Shown here in pieces: positions 20,460 through 29,024 of a stretch of 64,000 bases of DNA. The position numbers and the translations under genes were made by a program. Below the pieces are notes generated by a model. The model was not told the origin of the DNA. It worked only from the letters and a program-made list of their open reading frames with translations, and searched no databases. The number at the start of each line of letters is the position of its first letter. Positions within the stretch are counted from its first letter, which is position 1. This stretch comes from an uncultured Candidatus Saccharibacteria bacterium (lineage in GTDB: Bacteria > Patescibacteriota > Dojkabacteria > J137): contig CAZUKH010000001.1 of the NCBI GenBank assembly GCA_964620955.1, forward strand, positions 190,810 to 254,809, given 5' to 3'.

Positions 20460-21611
20460 CTATGAATCTCTTCTCATTGGCATCACTAGGTGAACAAACT
20501 GTGGATCATCATTGTCTTTGAAAACCGATGCAGCTAATGGACCTTTGCTTTCAAAAATAATTTTGTCTCCCTCCAAGTGATTAACCACATCTTGAAGATA
20601 TCTCAAAGTATACGCTGTATTAAGATCTGTGTCAGCAGAAGCGTTTGTTACAGCAATATGAGTACTACCTTCACCTACATCCGTTACTACTGAGCTTAGT
20701 GTAATCTTTGATTGCTCTACATCAAAATCAAACAAAGTTTTATTTCCTAAATTACCTCTTGCGAATGTATTAACAATTTTTATCGCATTTTCTATTTCTT
20801 TCTTTTTTATTTCAAATGTAAAAGAATAATCATTAGGCATTATTCTTTTGTAATCTGGGTAAGGTCCTTCGAGCAAGCGCACGCTAAATTCGGTATCCTC
20901 AAATTTAAAAACTAGTTGTGAGTTAGTTTCGCTTAAATATACTTCAAGATTTTCTATATTTGGGTAGTCTGCCAATATTTTTACAAGCTCCATAAGGTAC
21001 CTGGCGGGCACAATTATTTCAGATTTATCTTTTGAAGTAGCTGCTTCTTTAACCTGAGAAATTCTTTTAGAAAGCCTAAACCCATCCAGCCCTACAAAGT
21101 TAACTTCAGATTTTTCTTGCGAAATTTCGAACAAAACTCCAGATTGTTGAATTCTACCTGAAGAAAGATCGGTAGAACAGGCAAAAAGCGTTTTATTCAT
21201 GCTTTTAATAAACTCAATACATGCAATTTTAAAAAGTAGTGTTTTTGCAGTTGGTAATACTGGGTACTCTTCTGCAGGCATTGTAGAAAATGTGCCTTTT
21301 GATGAGGCAGTAATTACATTAACACTATTTTCTTTTAATGATAGTGTAAGGCTTTCTCCATTTTCACTGCTTGCACTTACAAAGTCAGATATGTACTTTG
21401 CATTTACAGTAGTGCTTCCTGCAGTTTCTACCTTGCCAGGTATCCACATGTGAATCCCCATGTCCAGGTTTGTAGCAGATATCTCAACTGAAGACTTATC
21501 TACTTTTAGCATTACATTTGAAAGTATAGGAATATTTGGTTTTTGACTAACAGCTCTACTTGCGTATGTTAGTGCTTTAGATAATACTTTATGATTAATT
21601 TGTATTTCCAT
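20460..21611 (-). CDS. dnaN: DNA polymerase III beta sliding clamp
   Basis: NIPILSNV, SATNLD, DGFRLS, RLLEGPYPDY, LVMPMR. Confidence 0.95.
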   Translation of the reverse strand: MEIQINHKVLSKALTYASRAVSQKPNIPILSNVMLKVDKSSVEISATNLDMGIHMWIPGKVETAGSTTVNAKYISDFVSASSENGESLTLSLKENSVNVITASSKGTFSTMPAEEYPVLPTAKTLLFKIACIEFIKSMNKTLFACSTDLSSGRIQQSGVLFEISQEKSEVNFVGLDGFRLSKRISQVKEAATSKDKSEIIVPARYLMELVKILADYPNIENLEVYLSETNSQLVFKFEDTEFSVRLLEGPYPDYKRIMPNDYSFTFEIKKKEIENAIKIVNTFARGNLGNKTLFDFDVEQSKITLSSVVTDVGEGSTHIAVTNASADTDLNTAYTLRYLQDVVNHLEGDKIIFESKGPLAASVFKDNDDPQFVHLVMPMRRDS

Positions 21612-22022
21612 ATCTATATATTTATTTAAATAGAAGTTAATAGTATTTAGGCAATGTATTTATGTGAGTAAATATTTGCTTTTCTTGATTATACCAGCTA
21701 AACAGTTATTGTACAGTTGTGGAAAACAGGGTGGAGTAAATATCTTTTGTTTTTGGTTATAGCCATATACACTATTGTATTTTTACAAAAACAGAGTGGA
21801 AAGTTTTTTGCTAAGTTTTGAATAACTTAATTAAGGTAAGTTTTTTAGAAAAACTTCCTATTATAGAACTTTCAACAATAAAAAATTTGTACGTTATTCC
21901 TAAGTAAAAGTATGTATCTAATCCTTTTTTTACTTACCCACATGTACACATAAGAGGTAATTAAATTTGACTAATATAAATAAGTTAGCTATATTTTTAC
22001 TATAAATATTATTTACAAAAGT
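21612..22022. promoter_or_regulatory. Probable oriC segment (AT-rich, several DnaA-box-like 9-mers)
   Basis: About 410-bp non-coding AT-rich gap between dnaN and dnaA with TGTGAGTAA (21663), TGTGGAAAA (21718), TTTGAATAA and TTATTTACA near-matches to TTATCCACA or its complement. Confidence 0.6.
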
Positions 22023-22295
22023 ATGGCAATTGATGTTGAAAGTTTTTCTCCAAACGATCCTTCCAGTGTGAGTTCGCATGCATATAATCCACTTGAAACC
22101 GTTCCAGTATCACCTTATTCATATGAAGGCACTCCTGATAACCTAACAGACGTTGATGATGTTCTGAGAGGTGTTACTTCTTTGCAAGCAATAATAATGA
22201 TGAGAATAATGATTACTACAGGTACTTTTAACTCCACAGAACCGTATTGTCAAAGAATTCTAGAAATTGCACAGGGAGCAGTTTTAGAACAATAA
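22023..22295 (+). CDS. Hypothetical protein (ORFan between dnaN and dnaA)
   Basis: 90-aa ATG ORF with upstream TTGACT and TATATT promoter-like elements. Confidence 0.5.
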   Translation: MAIDVESFSPNDPSSVSSHAYNPLETVPVSPYSYEGTPDNLTDVDDVLRGVTSLQAIIMMRIMITTGTFNSTEPYCQRILEIAQGAVLEQ

Positions 22296-22299
22296 GAAT

Positions 22300-22327
22300 C
22301 CCTTGCCTGCCGCCAGTCTAAAGTCAA
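22300..22327 (+). repeat. Short GC-rich REP-like dispersed repeat, copy 1
   Basis: CCCTTGCCTGCCGCCAGTCTAAAGTCAA resembles the reverse complement of 45884-45920 and shares CCTGCCGCCAG with 62540. Confidence 0.45.
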
Positions 22328-22375
22328 GGAGATTAAGATCAGTTTTTAATAAATTTTAATTATTATTTTCTCATT

Positions 22376-22588
22376 ATGGACAACAGTACAGCATTAAATT
22401 CTTACCAAAATCCTTTAGTATATTGTGTCAAGCCAATAGAACCAGGTACGGACTACTCCAATCAAGAAGCTGCTTTGAAACATTTCATTCGAACCCCAGA
22501 AGGCATTAAGTTCATGCAACTTTACCCTGAATTTTTAGATAGCTTCAGACTTTTTAATATAGAACTCCCAGCCAGGTTAGAGCAGTAA
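22376..22588 (+). CDS. Hypothetical protein (ORFan)
   Basis: 70-aa ATG ORF converging on the dnaA stop. Confidence 0.45.
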   Translation: MDNSTALNSYQNPLVYCVKPIEPGTDYSNQEAALKHFIRTPEGIKFMQLYPEFLDSFRLFNIELPARLEQ

Positions 22589-22617
22589 TTCCTGCTACCA
22601 TGTATAACTTTACTTTG

Positions 22618-24021
22618 TTACTCAATATCTTCTGTAACAAGTGCGCTTTCATTAATTGCATTAATGATGCCTGTAATTTGAAGGTTAAACTCATCTTGCA
22701 GCATCATTTTGCTTTTAATTTTATCAATAGCATGCAGTACTGTTGTATGATCTTTTCTATTTAAAAAATTAGCAACCTCTTCCAGCTTATAGTTAAACTC
22801 TTCACGTAAAATATACATAGCAACTTGTCTTGCAAGTGCAAGCTCTTTCGTTCTTCTTGGACCCTTAATGTCTTTAACAGGAACATTAAAAGATTTAGCT
22901 ACCTCTCTTATTACTTTAGGAATTTTAATTTGTTCTCTTTTAGTTGCAGAGTCTTTACCAATCATGTGAGCAACTTCTTCTAAAGTTAGGTCTCCATTCG
23001 GTTTCATTTGGTTAAACAAAGAAACTTTTTGTAATGCACCTTCAATTTCTCTAACATTGTCACTTACTGCCCTGGCAATAAATTCTAGGATTTTTGGCTG
23101 TAAATCTACTGCCATTTCATCTGCTTTTTTTTGAACGATAGCAAGCCTCATTTCATAATCAGGCTGCGATATATCTACAACCATTCCTCCCAACATTCTG
23201 CTTTTTAGTCTTTTTTCAATACTTTTTATATCTTCAGGCCTTCTATCGGCAATTATAATTATTTGTTTTCCTGCGTTGTAAAGCTCGTTGAATGTATTAA
23301 AAAATTCATCTTGCGTTTGTACCCATTTAGAAATTAGCTGCATATCGTCAATTATTAAAATATCTACAGCTCTGTACTTTTTTCTAAATAAATCCATTTT
23401 GCTGGATTTTATACCGCGGACCATTTCGTTGAGGAAATTTTCGGAAGTGGTGTAAACAATTTTTTTAGTGAGATTTCTTTCTAAAACACCTCTTCCAATT
23501 GCCTGTGCCAAGTGAGTTTTGCCAACGCCAGTTTTACCATGGATAAACAAGGGGTTATATACTGTACCTGGTTTTTCGATAACTGCCAGAGCAGCCGCAT
23601 GGGCCAGCCTATTTGCGTTACCCACAATAAAGTTGCCTAAAGAGTATTTAGTGTTTAGTCCCGATTCTTCAATAGATTGAATTAAAGACCCCATTATTCC
23701 ATTTTCCATGTCAAAAAGTGGGTCTTTGTTAGAGTTTAAAGAAGAATCATTTGAGTGTGTTTCAACGTTACTCACTTTAAACTCGGGGGTAAGATTTTGG
23801 CCGTAAACATAAGAAATTGTTTCTTTAATTAATTTCTCATGTCTCATTTTTAGCCAGTCTGCTGTGTATGGGTTTGGAACAGCTATGACTGCCTTTTTGC
23901 CATCAAGCTGAATAAGTCTGGTATCTGCAAAAAATGTTTGAAACTGTGCAGGTGCGTCAAGTTTTACTTCAATTTGAGCTAGTGCTGTTTTCCAAAGTTT
24001 TTCCGGCTCTTTAATATTCAT
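22618..24021 (-). CDS. dnaA: Chromosomal replication initiator DnaA
   Basis: YNPLFIHGKTGVGKTHL, DILIIDDMQ, EFFNTFN, NVREIEGAL, RQVAMY, KDHTTVLHA. Confidence 0.98.
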   Translation of the reverse strand: MNIKEPEKLWKTALAQIEVKLDAPAQFQTFFADTRLIQLDGKKAVIAVPNPYTADWLKMRHEKLIKETISYVYGQNLTPEFKVSNVETHSNDSSLNSNKDPLFDMENGIMGSLIQSIEESGLNTKYSLGNFIVGNANRLAHAAALAVIEKPGTVYNPLFIHGKTGVGKTHLAQAIGRGVLERNLTKKIVYTTSENFLNEMVRGIKSSKMDLFRKKYRAVDILIIDDMQLISKWVQTQDEFFNTFNELYNAGKQIIIIADRRPEDIKSIEKRLKSRMLGGMVVDISQPDYEMRLAIVQKKADEMAVDLQPKILEFIARAVSDNVREIEGALQKVSLFNQMKPNGDLTLEEVAHMIGKDSATKREQIKIPKVIREVAKSFNVPVKDIKGPRRTKELALARQVAMYILREEFNYKLEEVANFLNRKDHTTVLHAIDKIKSKMMLQDEFNLQITGIINAINESALVTEDIE

Positions 24022-24175
24022 TTTTAAAAAGTAATAAAATAAAGTATTAAGCTACATGCTTTTATGTCACTTTGTAAACTGCGATTTCGTAAGCCGAGTA
24101 GAGGAGCTCATTAAGACCTCATGCAAATAAAATCCGGCTAAACGGGAAATCAAGTTTTTTTGTATTTAACAATAT

Positions 24176-24190
24176 ATATCCACGTGGATA
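24176..24190. promoter_or_regulatory. Head-to-head overlapping DnaA boxes upstream of dnaA
   Basis: Palindrome TATCCACGTGGATA gives ATATCCACG on + and TTATCCACG on -. Confidence 0.65.
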
Positions 24191-24414
24191 AATTTGTAAA
24201 GAGAAATTTTTTGTAAAAAACTTTTTTAAAGGCTAATCTCCATCTCCTTAGGTAAAGTTAAGGTTTTTACAATCATTTGCTAATAAATTAGATCGGCCAC
24301 ATAGCTTTTATTAGCAATAATAGAATGAATACTTTTTGATAAAATGATTGAAGTGCCAAAATCTGTTAAAATTGTGCATATATTTAACACACAACTTTTT
24401 ACGATTAATTTTCA

Positions 24415-24699
24415 TTGAATAATTTAATATTGATTCCTAAAAATATAGCTAAGTTATTAATTCGCTTTTATCAAAAATTTTTATCTATTGATCAATCATT
24501 TTGGGGTAAAAGAACAGGTATAAAGGTATGTATACACGAGCCATATTGTTCCGAATATACTTACCAAGCTATAGATAAATATGGATTAATTAAAGGTAGT
24601 TGGATGGGGTTTTTAAGAATCCTCAGGTGTAACCCCTTAAGCAAAGGAGGGTATGACCCCGTACCCGATTTCCCACTTCGTTCTTCCCCTAAACCTTAA
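24415..24699 (+). CDS. yidD: Membrane protein insertion efficiency factor YidD
   Basis: [30 protein letters not shown]. Confidence 0.9.
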   Translation: MNNLILIPKNIAKLLIRFYQKFLSIDQSFWGKRTGIKVCIHEPYCSEYTYQAIDKYGLIKGSWMGFLRILRCNPLSKGGYDPVPDFPLRSSPKP

Positions 24700-24799
24700 C
24701 CTGTATTCTAAGAATCAAGCTTAAGAATTAAGAACATATAGCATTAAGAGTTAAAAAATTTGATAAACTGTTTTTAGTAACTATTTTTTACATATTCGT

Positions 24800-26638
24800 A
24801 TGAAAATCACGAGATTAAGGCCAGTTGTGGTTGTTGGTTTAGTTATTTTATTAATTTTAGGTTCCACAATAGGACTGGTAGCTTTAACTTCTCCGACAAT
24901 TACAGATAATGGTGATGGAACAAGTACTTTTTCAAGCTGTTTTGATTTAACTAATTATATTTCTGAAAATAGAAGTTATTATGGAGGATATCCAGCCCCT
25001 TTGTCAGATTCGATTACCTCAAATAGTAAAGAGATTGCCGAGTCATCAGGTGCTGGTTCTTCTGACTATTCAACTACTAATATTCAAGTCGAAGGTGTTG
25101 ATGAATCTGATATTGTTAAAAATGATGGCAATTCACTCTTTGTGTTTGCTTCTGAAAATAAATACATTGATGTTTTTGATTTAACAGATCCCTCAAATCC
25201 AAAGAAAGCCTCAGAAATTGAGCTAGAGTTTTATGGTCAGTCTATGTATCTTGTTAATGAAACTTTGGTAGTAATAAGCAGTGAGTACTCTTATCAACCC
25301 TTAAAGGTTTCGGCTAATTTCTGGAATCAATACTCAATTGCTCAAATATTCGACGTTTCAAATTTAGAAAGCCCCCAATTGGAAAGTACATATTACTTAG
25401 ATGGATATTATGTTAACTCGAGATTAACTGATAACACTTTGTATTTAATTTCATCAGCTAATGTAGGTGAAATAGACTTATTGAGCGGAGTAGAAGGAAA
25501 CATCCCTAGAATTTCTATAGCGGATGGATTAAGTGAAAATCTTCAAACTAAAAGAGCTTCGGAATGTTCCGAAGTCACCCCTATGGGAGATTCAGCTTAT
25601 AGTTTTCTTACAGTTGCAGCAATTCCACTTGATGGTTCTGAGTTTAGTTCTAGAGTGATTTTAGGAGATTCTTCAAACATGTATGTTTCAAGGAATAACA
25701 TTTACCTTACTACTCAAGTGCTTCCTTATGAAAATGCAGCCAATCCTGATATTCCAATACCTGTTCCTTCCTATGACTGGGAGCCAAAAACAGAAATATT
25801 TAAGATTTCAATGGATGGTACAAAAATTTACTTTAAAGCAAAAGGTCAGGTTGATGGTACAGTTTTAAATCAGTTTTCAATGGATGAATACTACGGGTAC
25901 TTTAGAATAGCAACAACTAAAGGTACTACAACAAGAGACTTTTCGAGCTCTTTATATGTCTTTGACGAGCAAATGAATTTAACAGGGCAAGTTAATGGAC
26001 TTGGTAAAACTGAGCAAATTTATTCAGTAAGATTTATGGGTGAAAAAGCCTATGTTGTTACTTTTAAACAAACTGACCCACTTTATGTTTTAGATCTTGT
26101 TGATCCTTCAAACCCTAAAGTCGCAGGGGAACTTAAAATACCAGGTTTTTCAAGATACCTTCATCCATTTGATTCTAATCACTTGATTGGAGTGGGCAAT
26201 GATGCCGACGAAAACACAGGAACGACTTCTGGGGTTAAAGTTACTCTTTTTGATGTAACTGATATTGCTGATCCAAAAGTTAAAAGCGAACTTATATTTG
26301 GTGGAAGATTATCGGATACTCCTGTTTCATGGGATCACAAGGCGTTTCTTTTTGACAAGCAAAAAGAGCTACTTGTATTACCAGTAAATATTTATAATGA
26401 AAGTGAAGCATACTATTATCAACCTGATTTTGAAGGTTTTATAGTAATGAGTGCAAACCTTGCAGAGGGGTTAGTCGAAAAGAAACGCATAGATTTCAGT
26501 GAAGATACTTCTTACTACTCCAATACGCCAAGGTCGTTATACATAGGAGATTATTTATACTTGATATTTAATAATGAAATAAAAGTAGTTGATTTGAAAA
26601 ACTACTCAGTGGTTAAAGAGATTTCTGCTTTTGTTTAG
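24800..26638 (+). CDS. Membrane-anchored beta-propeller domain protein (Beta_propel family)
   Basis: YSTTNIQVEGVDESDIVK, LNQFSMDEY, FRIATT, EQIYSVRFMG, FKQTDPLYV, GELKIPGFSRYLHP, DHKAF. Confidence 0.9.
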   Translation: MKITRLRPVVVVGLVILLILGSTIGLVALTSPTITDNGDGTSTFSSCFDLTNYISENRSYYGGYPAPLSDSITSNSKEIAESSGAGSSDYSTTNIQVEGVDESDIVKNDGNSLFVFASENKYIDVFDLTDPSNPKKASEIELEFYGQSMYLVNETLVVISSEYSYQPLKVSANFWNQYSIAQIFDVSNLESPQLESTYYLDGYYVNSRLTDNTLYLISSANVGEIDLLSGVEGNIPRISIADGLSENLQTKRASECSEVTPMGDSAYSFLTVAAIPLDGSEFSSRVILGDSSNMYVSRNNIYLTTQVLPYENAANPDIPIPVPSYDWEPKTEIFKISMDGTKIYFKAKGQVDGTVLNQFSMDEYYGYFRIATTKGTTTRDFSSSLYVFDEQMNLTGQVNGLGKTEQIYSVRFMGEKAYVVTFKQTDPLYVLDLVDPSNPKVAGELKIPGFSRYLHPFDSNHLIGVGNDADENTGTTSGVKVTLFDVTDIADPKVKSELIFGGRLSDTPVSWDHKAFLFDKQKELLVLPVNIYNESEAYYYQPDFEGFIVMSANLAEGLVEKKRIDFSEDTSYYSNTPRSLYIGDYLYLIFNNEIKVVDLKNYSVVKEISAFV

Positions 26639-27392
26639 AAAAAAGAGGTTCGAAATGATGAGGTAAGTCATCTTTATCTACACAAATAAATTGCAGGTTT
26701 TTTTCGTGAGCAAAACTCTTAAACTCACTATACATTGTAAGGTCTTTAAGGCGTTCCATAATTATTTTGCTTTCAATTGCGTTGTTAGATTTAATTAGAG
26801 CAAACTTCCATTCAAAAACTTTATCTAGTGTTGCAAACCGCACGGTTTCTTTTTTTTGGGTTTTATAGGCTTCATTAAAGTGTAGTGTATAAGTAAGATC
26901 TTCAATAGTTTTTTTAAAGGTTAAATCGTTTTCTATTTCAAAATCAACATTCCATTTCCTGCCTTGATTTGCTCTATAAATATTATTGGTAGCAATAAGA
27001 AAGCCTTTGCATTTGTTGTTTTCTAGCATTTCAAAAACTGAATCAACTACAAAAGCTTCTATTAAAGTATGAGAGTTAAAAAAAACTTTTGATTTTTTAA
27101 CTACATCGGTATTGTCAAAGTCATAAATTTTTTTAGCAGATTTTCCATTTATCGATTCGTTTTCAATTGAAAAAGGAGAAATTTTGTTTTTAGAACTTAA
27201 CTTAATATTTAGTTTTAAATAAAAAGCAAATTCTTTACTTAAAAAGATAGCAGACCCTGGTGGTGTGTCATTGAGAATATATGCAGAAGAGTGATGAATT
27301 GAATGATTAAAATCATACTTAATAAACTGAATCATTTTGTAAATTGAGTTAAGGGTTTCCTCAGGTATTTTTGAATCACTAAAAATGACCAA
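26613..27392 (-). CDS. Highly degenerate ApbE-like protein
   Basis: Colinear similarity by eye to 9217..10092 (e.g. LIEAFVVDSVFEML...FLIATNNIYRA...W vs IGKGYAIDCAYEKL...FLIDAGGDIRA...W) with catalytic motifs missing. Confidence 0.5.
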   Translation of the reverse strand: MVIFSDSKIPEETLNSIYKMIQFIKYDFNHSIHHSSAYILNDTPPGSAIFLSKEFAFYLKLNIKLSSKNKISPFSIENESINGKSAKKIYDFDNTDVVKKSKVFFNSHTLIEAFVVDSVFEMLENNKCKGFLIATNNIYRANQGRKWNVDFEIENDLTFKKTIEDLTYTLHFNEAYKTQKKETVRFATLDKVFEWKFALIKSNNAIESKIIMERLKDLTMYSEFKSFAHEKNLQFICVDKDDLPHHFEPLFSKQKQKSL

Positions 27393-27520
27393 AGGAGTAG
27401 TACCAAAATCAAAAGTATGTTTTTGCTTTTTTTGAAGTTAACCTTGACACTTCATTGTACTCTAAATTTACAACAATGATTAGGCTTTACAAAGCTCATG
27501 CAACTGATTAGACTAAAGAT

Positions 27521-28111
27521 ATGAGTAATAAGAACGTAACGGCAAGAACATTCAATCTTATTAAACCAGTAGAGCCACCTAAAAGTTACTGGGATAAAGT
27601 TTATGAGTGGGTAGTCTCAAGAGCAAAAGTTATTTTTATTGTTTGCGAAGTATTAATAGTTACAGCATTTGCTTTAAAAGTGGTTGTTGATAATTCGGCA
27701 AATTCACGAAAAGAAGTTTTTCAGGAGCTGAAAAACCAATCAGCATTTTATGAAGCTCAATATGAACAGGAAATAAGGAGGACACAAAGCAAAAGTTTTG
27801 AGTATTTAAAATTATGGAATGGCTCTTCTCAAATGGCAGAAATATTACAAGAGGTTTATGGTTACTTGCCAGCAAGTTCCAACGAAATTACAGTAAAGAT
27901 TGATAAAGATAGGTTACAAATTTATGGTACAGACGATCTTGAAGCGCTTAGGATTCTTGAGCAATCTTTAAAAAACTCAAGTACCTTTACTACAGCAGCA
28001 GTAGATACTTTAAGCCTTGAACAACAAGATTCACTTGAGGGCAGAGGCAGATACGTTTTAACGGCAATTATTTCAGAAAATAATTTAACAAGAAGTGATT
28101 TAGAATTATGA
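27521..28111 (+). CDS. PilN-like type IV pilus alignment protein
   Basis: FNLIKP N-terminal motif (INLLP-like), single TM, coiled coil, ferredoxin-like C-terminal domain; ATGA-coupled to a PilO-like gene. Confidence 0.65.
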   Translation: MSNKNVTARTFNLIKPVEPPKSYWDKVYEWVVSRAKVIFIVCEVLIVTAFALKVVVDNSANSRKEVFQELKNQSAFYEAQYEQEIRRTQSKSFEYLKLWNGSSQMAEILQEVYGYLPASSNEITVKIDKDRLQIYGTDDLEALRILEQSLKNSSTFTTAAVDTLSLEQQDSLEGRGRYVLTAIISENNLTRSDLEL

Positions 28112-28779
28112 GTGACGAACAACGAATTAAAATTGGCACAGTAAAAAAATCAAGAAGCTTAAGGCTTAACGAATATTTGGATAATGCCAGAAACAAAAGT
28201 ATTTTTGTAATCGCTGTATCGATCCTTTTTACGATATTTTTTTTGGTTGTAGGTGTTATTCCAGCATTTCAATCGGTTTTTGACCAATCTGCTGAGAATC
28301 AAAAAATAGAAGAAGCAATAACAAAAATGCAAAAGAGAGTAGATGATATTAAAGTCCTTATAGATCAAATTAATTCAGATGCAAATGTGCTAGATTATTT
28401 TAATAAAGTCTTTCCTGGTCAAAGTGATCAAGAAGAAATTATGAAAGAGATGTTTGAACTTGCAGAGGAGAAAGGAGTTTTTATTAATAGTGTTACTTTT
28501 TCGGAGAACGAGAGAGCGGAGCCTTTAGTTATACAGTTTGGTACAGTACCACAAGTAATCTCTAAGCAAATTACGGTCAGCTTTGAGTCAAACAGGGTAA
28601 AGGCATTGGATTTTTTAAAATCTATAGAAAACAGTAGAAAAATTTTTAATGTAACAGATGTGACTTTAAGCCGAAAACTAGGAGAGTTACTTGAGAAAGC
28701 CGGCCCAGATAAAGAGTACGATTCAACTCTTGTAATTGAATATTTTTATTGGAGCGATGTAATTGAAGTAGTTGAATAA
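28108..28779 (+). CDS. PilO-like type IV pilus alignment protein
   Basis: TM, coiled coil, LAEEKGVFINSVTF, FLKSIENSRKIFNV. Confidence 0.7.
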   Translation: MSDEQRIKIGTVKKSRSLRLNEYLDNARNKSIFVIAVSILFTIFFLVVGVIPAFQSVFDQSAENQKIEEAITKMQKRVDDIKVLIDQINSDANVLDYFNKVFPGQSDQEEIMKEMFELAEEKGVFINSVTFSENERAEPLVIQFGTVPQVISKQITVSFESNRVKALDFLKSIENSRKIFNVTDVTLSRKLGELLEKAGPDKEYDSTLVIEYFYWSDVIEVVE

Positions 28780-28817
28780 AGTTTTGAGTAATGTAAAAAA
28801 ACTTTTAAAAATTTTAT

Positions 28818-29015
28818 ATGAATAATTTAAATAAAGCCTGGTCAATACTTATAATTGCTGGTGTAGTTTTTTTAATAGGTTTTGTGTTGTATTCACTGTG
28901 GCAGAGTTCTGTAAAAACGGGTTTTAACGAGGTAATAAATAATTTTGATACAAATCAACTTATAAACCAGCTTGTCGAAAATCATTTAAGAAGTGACCCA
29001 AATTTTTTAGAGTAG
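28818..29015 (+). CDS. Small single-TM protein
   Basis: 65-aa ORF with one TM, co-oriented after the pilO-like gene. Confidence 0.5.
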   Translation: MNNLNKAWSILIIAGVVFLIGFVLYSLWQSSVKTGFNEVINNFDTNQLINQLVENHLRSDPNFLE

Positions 29016-29024
29016 TATTTAAAT

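Noticed and set aside
27393-27455. N-terminal extension of the ApbE-like ORF from ATG 27455 by readthrough
   Set aside because: An in-frame TAA follows five codons later and there is no evidence of recoding; the start remains uncertain.
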